Positions 9,997 through 20,945 of a stretch of DNA of 64,000 bases are shown here, piece after piece (positions within the stretch are counted from its first letter, which is position 1; each line of letters begins with the position of its first letter). Under the pieces are notes generated by a model that did not search any database, was not told where the DNA came from, and saw nothing but the letters and a program-made list of their open reading frames with translations. Source of the stretch: Thecamonas trahens ATCC 50062 (Eukaryota > Protista > Apusomonadida); contig NW_013657641.1 of the NCBI RefSeq assembly GCF_000142905.1, positions 254,907 through 318,906 of the forward strand. The letters are read 5' to 3'. Position numbers and translations under genes: made by a program.

Positions 9997-10271
9997 NNNN
10001 NNNNNNNNNNNNNNNNNNNNNNNNNNNNNNNNNNNNNNNNNNNNNNNNNNNNNNNNNNNNNNNNNNNNNNNNNNNNNNNNNNNNNNNNNNNNNNNNNNNN
10101 NNNNNNNNNNNNNNNNNNNNNNNNNNNNNNNNNNNNNNNNNNNNNNNNNNNNNNNNNNNNNNNNNNNNNNNNNNNNNNNNNNNNNNNNNNNNNNNNNNNN
10201 NNNNNNNNNNNNNNNNNNNNNNNNNNNNNNNNNNNNNNNNNNNNNNNNNNNNNNNNNNNNNNNNNNNNNNN
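9997..10271. other. Assembly gap (N run); other gaps at 16312-16411, 51152-51322, 52461-53009, 56402-56501 and 63324-63939
   Basis: N runs, mostly flanked by poly-G/C or dinucleotide tracts. Confidence 0.99.
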
Positions 10272-10678
10272 TTCCCCCCCCTCCACTGTTGGTTCGGGGC
10301 TTTGGTGGTGGCGGTCCACGAGCCATAGGCAAAGGTCGTCGTTTCGCCCTTTGTTGCCGTCTTGTAGGGGTTTTTTGCCAGTCCCTGCCTTGCTGGCCAT
10401 ACCGGCCCTGCCCCCGGCATTGCCGTCACTACCCCTGCCCCCCTCCCCTCCTCGCTCCTCTCCTCTTCCTCTTCCCCACCCTCTAGTACACTCATACACA
10501 TCCTCTGCTTGGGCTACGAACTAGCAGGTAGGCTACAGCTGGCGTGTAGCTGGAGCACCTGTCCGCACCCCCCCCCCCCCCCTCCCTCTCTCCCGGACCA
10601 CCCCCCCCCCCCACCCACCCACCCACCCCGCAGACACACACACACACACAACGCAAGGGACTGCTTGGGAGTCGGGCA

Positions 10679-13540
10679 ATGGAGGGACTCAATCTCGACA
10701 TCAAGTCGGCGGCGGATGCTGCCGAGGTGTTTGGCATGGTGGAGGCCATGTCGCTCTGCTTCTTGCCGGAGCTTGTCTCGTCGTCGATCTATGAGACGAC
10801 GACCACGTCCAAGACCCATGCCAAGAAGCTCGGGGCGACGGCGCGCGAGCTCAAGGCTGCGCTCAAGGATGCGCAGGAACATGTGGCGTCGTATGTTGAT
10901 GCCGCGACGATGACCAAGGGCACGTCGACGTACGCGCCGGACGCGTCCGAGCTGACCTCGTCGCTGGAGGCTGTGGTGGCGTCTTTAGCGGCGGCGGCGT
11001 TGCAGCTGCAGCGCAAGGCGGCTGCCGAGTCGATTGTCAAGCTTGGCCTTGACGCGCAGCACCGCGAGGACGGCGTCGGTACGGCGCTGACCAAACTCTT
11101 TCTCACCGTCGCCATCTTTGCGGTCGGCCCGTCGAAGCTCGCGGCCAAGCAAGTGCTCTCAACGCTCGACGCTGTCGGCGATGAGGTCACTGGTGCGTTT
11201 GAGCTCTTGTGGCAGGCAATGGCCAACACGCCGGCCACGGCTGGAGCCGGGGCTCACGCTGCAGAGCCGGGAGCACTGCCGGCCCCGGGCACGGTGGTCT
11301 CGTCACCCAACGCGGGACAGCGCAATAGCGGCGCCGGCGGCAGCGGAAGCGGCAGCGGCGACGGCGTGCTGTACGCGGTCTTGGGTGCACCCGATGCTGG
11401 CATCCAGGCGGCGGTCGAGGGCGTTGTCACCGAGCTGGTGCGTGTGGGCAAGGAAATTGGGCGTGTGGCGCTCAAAATCATGGAGCTCGGCGTTGAGCCG
11501 TTCGAGCTGTTCCTGGCTCCGGGCGCAGGGCATCCGTTTGTGCAGCTCTGGCGCAAGCTCGACGGCCTGCTCGCCGACTTTGCTATCAAGGGTATGGCGG
11601 TGCTGAAGGAGCTGGCGCTTGTGGCGCCGACGCTGGCGCACCAGGAGTTAACCCGACTGCAAGGGACGCTGGAAGGTACGGTTCACATTTCGTCGTCGCT
11701 CAACACGGTGCTGCGGCAGCTGGAGGGCCTCTACCACCAGTACCGTGTGCTCAAGGCATCCAACGCAGGCGCGGCGACAACCGACGACGCGGCCCAGCTT
11801 GTGCAGGGTCTGGCGGTGCGGGCACGCCGGGTGATGGACATCATTTCGTCGACAACGTTTGAGGAGATCGACACAACGGCCCACACCGCTGAAGTCCGGT
11901 CGCTCATCCAAGAGTACGCTCGGGCGGTGGCGTCCAACTCGAGCCCGCGGTCCGAGTCGGAGGAGGCCGCGCACGTCGACTCGTTCATCGAGCAGCTCAT
12001 TGCGGTCATCCGGTCTGTGGTCGGTGACTTTGAGATCTCGCTCATCAACAAGATCAATGACGTGCTGCTGCAGTACCCGCACCTCATTGCCATTGTGGAC
12101 CAGTCTGCCGCGTCGGGCTCGGACTCGGCGTCGACCATCCAGCGAGTTGTTCGCAAGTGGCTCTGCTCCAAGGAGCCGATGAAGGAGCAGTTCCCCAAGG
12201 CGTCAGCCGTCGACTTTTTCGACTCGTGGCTCGACGGCACCGCCCTCGTCCGTCTCCTCAACGAGAGCCACCCGGGCCTCGCCGCAGCGCTGCCGAGCCC
12301 CCCGACCGCAAGCGGGCTTAACCGCTCGACCGAGATCCGCCTCGCAAGCCTCGACGCGGTGGCCAGCTCCGAGCTCATCGCCTACCTCTCGGCCCTCAAC
12401 AATGCGCTTGGCTCGCTGCCAGGTCTTCCGCTGGCGGGCTTTGCGCGGCTAGTCCACGATGAGTCGATGCCGGTGGTTGACGCCGCCACCCGCTGGTCCC
12501 CGCTTCGGGCCCACTGCCTCACCGCGGTGCTGATGATGCTGCAGGTTCATGAGCTCGGTCCGGACGCCATCAAGGCGCAGCTCGACGTGGTCCGCCACGA
12601 GCACGTCCACGACGACGACGACGACGACGACGCGGGCGAGGCTGATGGCAAGCACACCAACGGGCGCAGCGCTGGATTGGGCTCGGGTGTCGCTGCTGAC
12701 ACTGCGGGCGCTAGCGCAGCAGCGAGCAGGGTGTCGATCGGCTCGTCGTCGACGTCGCCGATGGCCTCGCCGCGGTCGCCGCGCGACGCGCCAAGCAGCT
12801 CGGAGAAGCCCAAGCCGCTCAATTTGACCAACGTGGTGGCGGCGCAGCGGCGGCCGTCGGTCGACCGCGCGTCGCCACGGATGAATCCCGAGTCCTCAGA
12901 CGACGCCATCCTGCAGGCCTCGGTCACCGTCCTCCACGCGGCTAAGAAGCTCGTCAACGCGCCGCCCAGCGGCCTGCTCAAGCAGGGCAAGGAGCTGCAC
13001 ATGTCTCTAGTCGGCCTCCGCGACCTCATCCTCAACCAGGTCAAGGTCCGATCGGATCCGTCGTACAGCGAGACGAACAAGCGGATCCAACGCCGGTGCA
13101 ACGTGCTCTTCGACTCGGCCACGTCGCTGCTCAAGGCGTGCAAGGTCGATGCGCCCGCCGACGAGCGAAAGGCAATCATGTCCGGCATGGCCGACGCCGT
13201 CTCGTTCATCACTTCGCAGCAGGTCTCGATCAAGTCCATCCGCTCGCACGCGCGCTCGGCCCTTCTCCTCGCCAAGGACATCAAGGCGCTGAACGCACCG
13301 GACAGCCACATCGCCGACCAGTTTTCGGCCGCGGCTGCCGCCTTTTCGCGCGCCGTCTCCACGCGCGTTCTCGGCATCGGATCCTCAGCTTCGGGCATGG
13401 CGGTCCTCGACCTCCTCGACGACGTCGACGCCAAGGCTGCCGACTTTGCCGCTGCGGCAAGCTCGGACATTTCGACCGCGCGGGCCTCGTCCGACGCGTA
13501 CTCGTCATCGCTGGCGGCGCTGCTCTCGGCGCTGACCTGA
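10679..13540 (+). CDS. Large alpha-helical protein with a central calponin-homology (CH)-like domain
   Basis: 953-aa ORF with coding-like composition. VVRKWL...VDFFDSWLDGTALVRLLNESHPGL resembles the CH consensus (L.W...NF..SW.DG.AL..L+...P). Flanks are Ala/Leu-rich and helical. Confidence 0.6.
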   Translation: MEGLNLDIKSAADAAEVFGMVEAMSLCFLPELVSSSIYETTTTSKTHAKKLGATARELKAALKDAQEHVASYVDAATMTKGTSTYAPDASELTSSLEAVVASLAAAALQLQRKAAAESIVKLGLDAQHREDGVGTALTKLFLTVAIFAVGPSKLAAKQVLSTLDAVGDEVTGAFELLWQAMANTPATAGAGAHAAEPGALPAPGTVVSSPNAGQRNSGAGGSGSGSGDGVLYAVLGAPDAGIQAAVEGVVTELVRVGKEIGRVALKIMELGVEPFELFLAPGAGHPFVQLWRKLDGLLADFAIKGMAVLKELALVAPTLAHQELTRLQGTLEGTVHISSSLNTVLRQLEGLYHQYRVLKASNAGAATTDDAAQLVQGLAVRARRVMDIISSTTFEEIDTTAHTAEVRSLIQEYARAVASNSSPRSESEEAAHVDSFIEQLIAVIRSVVGDFEISLINKINDVLLQYPHLIAIVDQSAASGSDSASTIQRVVRKWLCSKEPMKEQFPKASAVDFFDSWLDGTALVRLLNESHPGLAAALPSPPTASGLNRSTEIRLASLDAVASSELIAYLSALNNALGSLPGLPLAGFARLVHDESMPVVDAATRWSPLRAHCLTAVLMMLQVHELGPDAIKAQLDVVRHEHVHDDDDDDDAGEADGKHTNGRSAGLGSGVAADTAGASAAASRVSIGSSSTSPMASPRSPRDAPSSSEKPKPLNLTNVVAAQRRPSVDRASPRMNPESSDDAILQASVTVLHAAKKLVNAPPSGLLKQGKELHMSLVGLRDLILNQVKVRSDPSYSETNKRIQRRCNVLFDSATSLLKACKVDAPADERKAIMSGMADAVSFITSQQVSIKSIRSHARSALLLAKDIKALNAPDSHIADQFSAAAAAFSRAVSTRVLGIGSSASGMAVLDLLDDVDAKAADFAAAASSDISTARASSDAYSSSLAALLSALT

Positions 13541-13649
13541 GCGTGCTATGGTGTAAAGAGTTGCGTGCGACTAGTGTAGCTGTTAATTGTATAGCCTGAG
13601 CTTGCTCTCGCTCTCTCTCTCTCGCTCTCTCTCTCTCCCTCAGCTCAGC

Positions 13650-15248
13650 TCACGATGAGTAAAAGTCCATCTTGATCCAGTCAAAGTCAAAGACCTCGGG
13701 CATGCCGGTGTGGGCAACCGACGGCCAGTCAGCCCAGGTGAAGGGCGGCTGCTGGTCGTGGGTCGGCCCCGACTGGGCGTAGCCGACGGCCGAGCCGTCC
13801 TTCATCAGCTGGTACGAGGTCATCTTCGAGTCGATGCCGCCAAAGGCGTTGTGGATCAGCCACTTGTTGTGCGGGTACGGGCGGGTGACGAGGTCGAAGC
13901 GCGACGAGATGGAGAGGCCGGCGTTGGGCACGCCGTCGGGGCCGATCGACGCCGGGTCATTCTTCCAGTCGTTGTAGCGAAGGAGGGCACCAAAGTCGTC
14001 AAGCGTGGCGATACGCGACTCGTTGCGAGCAAAGATGTGGGCGCGCGACGCGTTGTTGCGCGAGAACAGGTACGGACCCCACTCGGCGACGGCAGCCGGG
14101 AAGCCCGACTCGACGTAGTTGACCGAGTTGGCTGGCACGTTGTACGAGGGCCAGTACGTGCCAGCAGCGAGGACCGGGGTCAGGTCGCGAGTAAAGAACG
14201 CCTTTGGGTTCTCTTCGGCCATCCACAGCGTGTTCGGCTTGAGCGGCTGGCCCGGAGTGAACAGGTTGTAGTCGACGACGAGCCACTGGTTGAGGTACGT
14301 CGACGAGGTGTGGGTGGTAAAGGCCTTGACCCACTCGGGGCCCGAAGAGGCCATGCGGTTGGCGACGATGGTGCGGATCCACGAGAGCACGCCCTTGGTA
14401 GGCGTGATGTACTTCCACAGCTCGGCATTGAGGTTGCCGTTGGTGGTCTCGGTCGTGGCCAGCCGCGACGACATAAAGTAGATGTCGTCGATCGAGTTGA
14501 GCGCGCCCGGGTAGGACGAGAACGAGACACGGACGGCGGCGGTCGAGGCGGCAGCAAGCGGGAACGAGTACGACTTGTACGAGCGGAGCATCGAGTTGAA
14601 GGTCGACCACGTGGTGTGACCCATAAACAGCTCGGCGTTGTCCGGCATGACCTTGATCAGGGCCGAGCAGTGGTTGCCAAAGTCGAGCTTCTCCTCGCCC
14701 ACCACCGACTGGATGGTCTCGATGTCGCCGTTGGCGGAGAGCGCCCACACCTCGAGCAGGCCGAGCTGATGGGCCTCCGGGGCAAAGTGCTGGTAGCCTT
14801 CGTAGAGGCCCATAAACTGGCGGAGAACAAGATGCACGTGGTTCCACCACACCGAGCTGTTGGCGTTCTGCCCCGCAAGCTCAAGAGTAGCCTCCAGATT
14901 GGCCTCGAGGAAAGCGTTGACCTTGCTGGAGAGGCCATCGCCATACTGGTTGCGGAACGAGTAGTACATAGACTCGTGCGAGAGGTAGGCCTCGAGAAGA
15001 CCGGCAGCATACATCTGGACATCATCCGGGTATCCCTTGGTCGTCACAATCTCCAGCTGGTCCCAGCCCGTCGAGTTGAGGTAAGGAAGGAGGTAGCCGA
15101 CCGCCACCGCATCCGCCGCCTTGCCGCTCTCCACCGCAAAGCCGTCCGTCCGCGTCTGCACCACCGAGTACCACGTCTTGCCGCCCTCACCAGCCACGCT
15201 CGTCACCACCATAGCGGCCACAACAGCCATTACCACCCATGTCTGCAT
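13650..15248 (-). CDS. Phospholipase B-like protein (PLBD family, Ntn hydrolase)
   Basis: Signal peptide, NSTGWDQLEI, HCSALIK (catalytic Cys), SFSSYPG.L.S.DD, YWPSYNVP, LRYNDW.NDP, ISSRFDL, GGIDSK and SGPTHDQQPPF.W. Confidence 0.93.
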   Translation of the reverse strand: MQTWVVMAVVAAMVVTSVAGEGGKTWYSVVQTRTDGFAVESGKAADAVAVGYLLPYLNSTGWDQLEIVTTKGYPDDVQMYAAGLLEAYLSHESMYYSFRNQYGDGLSSKVNAFLEANLEATLELAGQNANSSVWWNHVHLVLRQFMGLYEGYQHFAPEAHQLGLLEVWALSANGDIETIQSVVGEEKLDFGNHCSALIKVMPDNAELFMGHTTWSTFNSMLRSYKSYSFPLAAASTAAVRVSFSSYPGALNSIDDIYFMSSRLATTETTNGNLNAELWKYITPTKGVLSWIRTIVANRMASSGPEWVKAFTTHTSSTYLNQWLVVDYNLFTPGQPLKPNTLWMAEENPKAFFTRDLTPVLAAGTYWPSYNVPANSVNYVESGFPAAVAEWGPYLFSRNNASRAHIFARNESRIATLDDFGALLRYNDWKNDPASIGPDGVPNAGLSISSRFDLVTRPYPHNKWLIHNAFGGIDSKMTSYQLMKDGSAVGYAQSGPTHDQQPPFTWADWPSVAHTGMPEVFDFDWIKMDFYSS

Positions 15249-15546
15249 ATTTTTGCTTCTTCTGCGAGTTGGGTCTGTCGATGTTCGTCGCCTCCCTCCC
15301 TCCCTGCCCCGCCCCGCCCCGCCCATCCCTACGCCGCTCGCTCGCCATGTCGCCCACTCGGCCGTCGTCCGACGCAAATTTGTCGCGTTTGGTCGTTCGA
15401 CGGCGCCTACATATTGGCTAGTGCCCGCCCGTATGGACCGCTACGATTTTGGCCCACCACCGCCACTGGCTGGGCACAATGGCATGGGTGTGGGCAGTGG
15501 GTGCATTGGGTGTGATGATGGCCCATGCGGAAGGGAATCGATCCTT

Positions 15547-16107
15547 TCAATCGGCGCCATAGCTATGGTCGTGGTGCTCGACCGAGTCAGGATGGGCGAG
15601 ATGGCCGACGTAGCGCCGATCGTAGCGGAGTCGCAGCTCGTGGTGGCGGACGGCGGCGCGCTGGCGGGCGGTGAGGCCGTCGACGTTGGCAGAGTCGGCC
15701 AGGGCTTGATCGGAGCACGAGTCCAGAGCAAGGACGCGATCGATGACTCGGCCCGGGAGGTGCGGCCAGCAGGCGGCAAGCTCGAGCGGGTCCAGCACGT
15801 CGGGCTTCTTCCCGGCAGTCCGGGCAGCATGGGCCGCAAGCGGATCAAATCCCTCGACGCCGATACCAAACCGCGGGTCATCCGTCACGTCGTAGACGTG
15901 CAGCCCGATGGCAACGTATGCCTTACGTCCGTCCCCTCCGTCGGCTGCGGCCAGCTCGTCCAGCGAGACGTCGACCAGAGCCTCCTGGATGACGGCGGCC
16001 ATGGGAACCGACTTTGCAAAGAACAGGCGATATGCAAGGTAGACGAGAATGAGGCCGACAACAGCAACCTGCGCAAAGATCAGCTTCATCGGCATATCGT
16101 ACACCAC
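15547..16107 (-). CDS. Cytochrome b5-like heme/steroid-binding protein (MAPR-like) with N-terminal TM helix
   Basis: TM segment followed by VSLDELAAADGGDGRKAYVAIGLHVYDVT...RYVGHL. Start uncertain (ATG at 16095 possible). Confidence 0.65.
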   Translation of the reverse strand: MVYDMPMKLIFAQVAVVGLILVYLAYRLFFAKSVPMAAVIQEALVDVSLDELAAADGGDGRKAYVAIGLHVYDVTDDPRFGIGVEGFDPLAAHAARTAGKKPDVLDPLELAACWPHLPGRVIDRVLALDSCSDQALADSANVDGLTARQRAAVRHHELRLRYDRRYVGHLAHPDSVEHHDHSYGAD

Positions 16108-16751
16108 ATCCGACTGATCCGAGGAGAGGCACGGTGAGTGTGTTTGTCAACAGCCATGGCGACCTCCACGCTATCCCGCACGGCAACCATCATCATCATC
16201 ATCAGCAGCAGCAGCAGCAGCAGTATCAAGATGACTGACGCTACTGCCATCGCTATCGGCGTTGTGGTCGCCGATGCCCAGTCATCGTCCCCCCCCCCTA
16301 ATAAAAAAAACNNNNNNNNNNNNNNNNNNNNNNNNNNNNNNNNNNNNNNNNNNNNNNNNNNNNNNNNNNNNNNNNNNNNNNNNNNNNNNNNNNNNNNNNN
16401 NNNNNNNNNNNCCCTCCCCCAACATACCGTCTCATGCTGCAATGGCGAGCTGGTGGCGGTCGGCCCACCAGAGGCGGACGGCACCGAGTTGGGGTTGGTC
16501 ACCCGCCGACGGAGACCACCCACGGCAGGCTCCTGCTCAAGCAGCGGATTCGACCATACCACCCGGGACTTGGACGAGTGCCAGCGGGACTTGCCCGGGG
16601 GCACGTTGCTCATCATTGATCCCTCTGCCATCGACATCGTCAACCGCCACAGATGGGTGGGTGCAAGGCAGAGACAAGTGGCGAGGCTTGTGGGGCTTGC
16701 TGCTCGCTGGCTCACTACGATCTCAGGGCAGGGTAGAGACAGTTTTTGTTA

Positions 16752-19700
16752 CTACTCGTCGGGGCCAAGGCCCTTGAGCCGGTCCATGTTGACGTTCTCG
16801 CGAGTCCGCTCCGGATCCATGACCGGGATGAGCCGGAGGAGGAAGCCGATGGGGAGCGAGATGATGCCAATGGCGAGGGCCAGGAGCCACTCGGTCCCGG
16901 TCTGGCCGGTCGTGGACGCAAAGTCACCGCCAACCTCAACGATGAAGACCTGCGCGAGGACGAGGCCAATCCAGATAACGACAAACAGGCGGTTGTCGAC
17001 AATACCGGCCATCGGGTTGAGTCCGGGCTTGCCGTACGAGTGAGCGTTAATCTCGTTGAAGAGCTGGCACCAGACAAAGGCGTTGAAGACAAGCGTGTGG
17101 TGCTCGGTCGAGTCGCGAGCGAGGTCAAACACGTTGTGTCCGTCAAAGAGGAGCCAGAGTGTGGCCGCGAGCTGGAATGTGGCCTGGCCAAGGATGTTGA
17201 TCCACATGGTCGGCGCGATGAGCGAGTCCGACATGCGCGTCGGCATGCGCTCAAGGAGCTCGTCGGTCGGCGGGTCGGTGGCAAGCGCCAGCGCGCCGAG
17301 CGTGTCCATGATGAGGTTGACCCAGAGGAGCTGGACGGCCTTGAGCGGCGACTCGCCGTCCTCGTTGGCCACCGCACCCACAAACGCCACTGTGACTGCC
17401 ACAATGTTGACCGTCAGCTGGAACTGGAGGAACTTGCGAATCGAGTCATAGACCGAGCGGCCCCAGCGGAGGGCCACCACAATCGACGAGAACGCGTCGT
17501 CCATGAGGATGATGTCTGCAGCCTCCTTGGCAACGTCAGTTCCGGTGATACCCATGCCAAAGCCGATGTCAGCCTTGGAGAGTGCTGGCGCATCGTTGGT
17601 CCCGTCGCCGGTCACCGCCACCACCTCGCCAAAGTCGGTCTGCAGACGGTCGACGAGCCGCTGCTTGTCGAGCGGCGCCGCTCGTGCCACCACCGTGAGG
17701 TTCGGCAGAATGTGCTTGAGCTCGGCGTTAGTCGTCTGCGCAAAGTCCGGGCCCTCGAGCGCCACATCGTGCTCGGCGTCGTAGATGTGGCACTTGGTGC
17801 CGATGGCCTTGGCCGTCGCCAGGTTGTCGCCAGTCACCATGATGACCCGCACGCCTGCGCGCTGGACGGCACGCACCGCTCCGGGCACGTCGCTCCGGAT
17901 CACGTCGTGGATGCCAAACAGGCCATCGAGCACAAGCTCCGACATATCCTCCTCCGAAAACTCGTTCTCCGGCATCGTGGCATAGTCGCGATGCGCGAGG
18001 CAGAGCGTCCGCAGCGCGTCGTCAGCCATGCTTCCGATCTTGGCCTCGAGCTCGGCAATCTCGCCCGACCGCATCGGCCGCGCCTGCCCGTTGCTGTCCA
18101 TCACTTGCGTACACGCCGCGAGCACCCGCTCGGCCGCGCCCTTGACATAGAACCGGTATCCAGCGCCTTCGCGCTCGACCACCACCGCCGACCGCTTGCG
18201 CGACGATGAGAACGGGAAGGTCTCGACAATGCTGAGCGAGCCGTGCCCAAGCTTTGCGTCCTTGCGCATCACGTCGTAGCTCGCTAGCGACTTGACCTTG
18301 CCCGGGCATGCGTTGACAGCATTCCGCGCAAACTCCAGCAGCGCCATCTCAGTCGTCGAGCCCGACCACTCGATGTTCCCAGACTCACGCTCGACCTCGG
18401 CGGCCGTCGAGTTGATGGCAATGTTCTCTACCAGTGCGTGGAGGAGCGAGTCGTGCGGCGACGAGTCGCGCCAGCGCTCCGCCAGCTCGCCGAGCGCCGC
18501 CGTCTCCATCTGGTCAACGCCGTCGAGCGAGGCTGCAGCGACAATTCCGTCGACAACCGTCATCTGGTTCGCCGTGAGCGTCCCGGTCTTGTCCGACGCA
18601 ATGACGGTGGCACGGCCCATGGTCTCGCATGCCGCGAGCGTGCGAACAAGGTTCTTCTCACGCAGCATGCGCAGCATGGCGTACGCCAGCGCGATAGTCA
18701 CCGCCAGCGGGAGGCCCTCGGGTACCGCCACCACCGCAATGGTGATGCCCGTGGTGACAAACGAGGTGAGCCGGTCCAGCGTCCGCGCCGTCCGCAGCCG
18801 CTCGTTGTCTGACACTGCAGTGACAAAGTACTTGATGGCGAGAATGACAAAGAGCAGGCCGGCAATGGCAATGCCGAGCTTACCGATCGCCCGCGCCAGC
18901 GTGTCCAGCTGCCTCTGCAGCGGCGTGTCCTCGGGCGGGACACGGAGCGCCATGACTGCCCGCCCGTTGTGCGAGTTGATGCCGACGCCGGTCACCAGCA
19001 TCAGGGCGTTGCCCTCCTGAATCTTGGAGCCCGAGATGAAAAACGGCTTGTCGCCCGACTTGCGGCAGAGGTCTGGCTCGCCGGTCTGGCCCGACTCGTC
19101 TGTCGCGCACGACGAGCCCGAGACATACAGCCCGTCAACAGGCACAATGTCCCCCGTCGAGAGCACAAGCAAGTCGCCCACAACCACGTCATGGACCGAG
19201 ATCGAGACCGGGCCCTCCGACTCGGCGCGGATGACGTTGACATCGCGCGCGTCCTTGATTTTGTTCAGCTTCTGGAACTGCTTCTCGCGCTTGAAGTCGT
19301 TAATGGCCGTGACCAGAACCACAATGATGACCGCAATGAGAATAGCGGTTCCCTCGACCCACGGCGGCGGCGCAGAGTCTGAGTCGTCGGCATCGTCCGT
19401 AAACGCCATGCCCAGAATGAGCGAGATGAACGCCGCCGCAATGAGCAGGAGCAGGATAAAGTCGTTGAGCGTGTCCCAGCAGAGCTCAACAAAGCCCTTG
19501 GTGTCGGGATCAGGGAGCCGGTTGACGCCAAACCGCTCCTTCCGGGTCGGCACCTCGGACGACTTGACGCCGCGGGTGGTACTCGATCCCACTCCTTTCG
19601 CCACGCCCTCCACTCCGCCAAGCTCCTCCAGCTTGTTCTCGTTGGCGGGATACAGCTCGTAAAGCGAGTCGGCAGTGTATGACGCATCCTCGGCCCGGCC

Positions 19701-20072
19701 ACGGCCTGCACCAACAGACGACACCGAGCTCCGCCGCTCCAGCCTCGCAGTCGCTGCACGGCGTTCGATTTCCCGCTTTCGCTCGCGGATAATACTCGCA
19801 TGTCGCTTCAGCTGCCCTCCACCTCCAGCAGCCGGTGTCCGTGAAGACTTCTTCCCGCCGCTGTCGCCCTTGCTCGCAGCACCTGCCTTGGACTTGTTTT
19901 TGGTCTTTTTGTTCTCCGCAACGGCAACGTCAGCTCCCGCACGGCCACGACCACCGCCACGGCCACGACCATCACCACGACCACCACCATCAGCTACAGA
20001 CTTTTTCGGCGGCATGGCCTCATACTCTTCCGAGTAGTAAGAGTACGAGTAAAAATCATCCTCAGACTCCAT
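16752..20072 (-). CDS. P-type IIB (PMCA-like) calcium-transporting ATPase
   Basis: VVAVPEGLPLAVT, SDKTGTLT, KGAAE, MVTGDN, VTGDGTNDAPAL, KFLQFQLTVN and LLWVNLIMDT. Confidence 0.97.
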   Translation of the reverse strand: MESEDDFYSYSYYSEEYEAMPPKKSVADGGGRGDGRGRGGGRGRAGADVAVAENKKTKNKSKAGAASKGDSGGKKSSRTPAAGGGGQLKRHASIIRERKREIERRAATARLERRSSVSSVGAGRGRAEDASYTADSLYELYPANENKLEELGGVEGVAKGVGSSTTRGVKSSEVPTRKERFGVNRLPDPDTKGFVELCWDTLNDFILLLLIAAAFISLILGMAFTDDADDSDSAPPPWVEGTAILIAVIIVVLVTAINDFKREKQFQKLNKIKDARDVNVIRAESEGPVSISVHDVVVGDLLVLSTGDIVPVDGLYVSGSSCATDESGQTGEPDLCRKSGDKPFFISGSKIQEGNALMLVTGVGINSHNGRAVMALRVPPEDTPLQRQLDTLARAIGKLGIAIAGLLFVILAIKYFVTAVSDNERLRTARTLDRLTSFVTTGITIAVVAVPEGLPLAVTIALAYAMLRMLREKNLVRTLAACETMGRATVIASDKTGTLTANQMTVVDGIVAAASLDGVDQMETAALGELAERWRDSSPHDSLLHALVENIAINSTAAEVERESGNIEWSGSTTEMALLEFARNAVNACPGKVKSLASYDVMRKDAKLGHGSLSIVETFPFSSSRKRSAVVVEREGAGYRFYVKGAAERVLAACTQVMDSNGQARPMRSGEIAELEAKIGSMADDALRTLCLAHRDYATMPENEFSEEDMSELVLDGLFGIHDVIRSDVPGAVRAVQRAGVRVIMVTGDNLATAKAIGTKCHIYDAEHDVALEGPDFAQTTNAELKHILPNLTVVARAAPLDKQRLVDRLQTDFGEVVAVTGDGTNDAPALSKADIGFGMGITGTDVAKEAADIILMDDAFSSIVVALRWGRSVYDSIRKFLQFQLTVNIVAVTVAFVGAVANEDGESPLKAVQLLWVNLIMDTLGALALATDPPTDELLERMPTRMSDSLIAPTMWINILGQATFQLAATLWLLFDGHNVFDLARDSTEHHTLVFNAFVWCQLFNEINAHSYGKPGLNPMAGIVDNRLFVVIWIGLVLAQVFIVEVGGDFASTTGQTGTEWLLALAIGIISLPIGFLLRLIPVMDPERTRENVNMDRLKGLGPDE

Positions 20073-20945
20073 AGTCACTGCACAGTGGGGAACGCGGGGG
20101 TGAGGTGGGAAGTGAGAAGGGGTGAGGGGGGGGAGAGAGCCAGCGAGAGCGGTGTTCATACACCTGTTCGTAACGAATGCGGAATGTCAAATGATCACAG
20201 CATGATTCATGGTTAAAAGTGGGGACTGACGACGTGCTGACGCGGTTGAGTACACAGCTCCGCCACATGTGCTGGCTGACGTTTGAAGAGAAGAGCCATC
20301 ATGATGCCACAAGTGATGGTGGGTTCGCTTCGAGTCTGGGTACGGCAGCGAGGTGGGAGCAGTGATCGATGTGTGTGTGTGGGGGGGGGGATAATGCACA
20401 TGGTGGCCGATGTGCGGCACGGGGTGGGTTGGATTGGGACACACTAGCTGCAGTGGCGAGCGAGCGAGTATGAGCAGACCAAGACCTCGATGTCGAACCA
20501 CAGCAGACCAGGTTGGTTCCGAATACCTCGCCGTGCCCTCTTCTCAGAACCGAGTGCTTCTTCCCGATCTGACGAGCGTGATTGATGAAGCCAAGAAAAG
20601 GGGTTGCCGAGCTGCCCGACGAGGCCAACCATCGCATTGTCTTCACCACAGCGCCATGGTTCGCGCCTGATGTGGGAGAGCTGGATAGGGCGGGGGTGGG
20701 TGGACGTACAATTGCGTGGGTTGGGAGAGTGGAGAGACTTTGTGTCTGCCACAGAGTTAGGTGCGTGCAGTGAGCAGTTGGCAGCGAGCAGATGGCAGCT
20801 AGCAGCGAGTGGCGGGTGACGGGCGGTCGGTTGGTGGCGGGGCGACGGCCAGGCGGGGAGGACCCATCACTGCACTCCTGTAGGATCAGCTAGGGCAGTG
20901 AGGGAGAGAGAGAAGGAAGGTGAAAATCGAGGGTACTGGGGGAGG

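Noticed and set aside
16138-16745. Possible gene spanning the gap at 16312-16411
   Set aside because: Low-complexity start, interrupted by a gap, and no recognisable domain.
20410-20773. Possible small frameshifted gene upstream of the PMCA gene
   Set aside because: Two short overlapping ORFs with no motif support.
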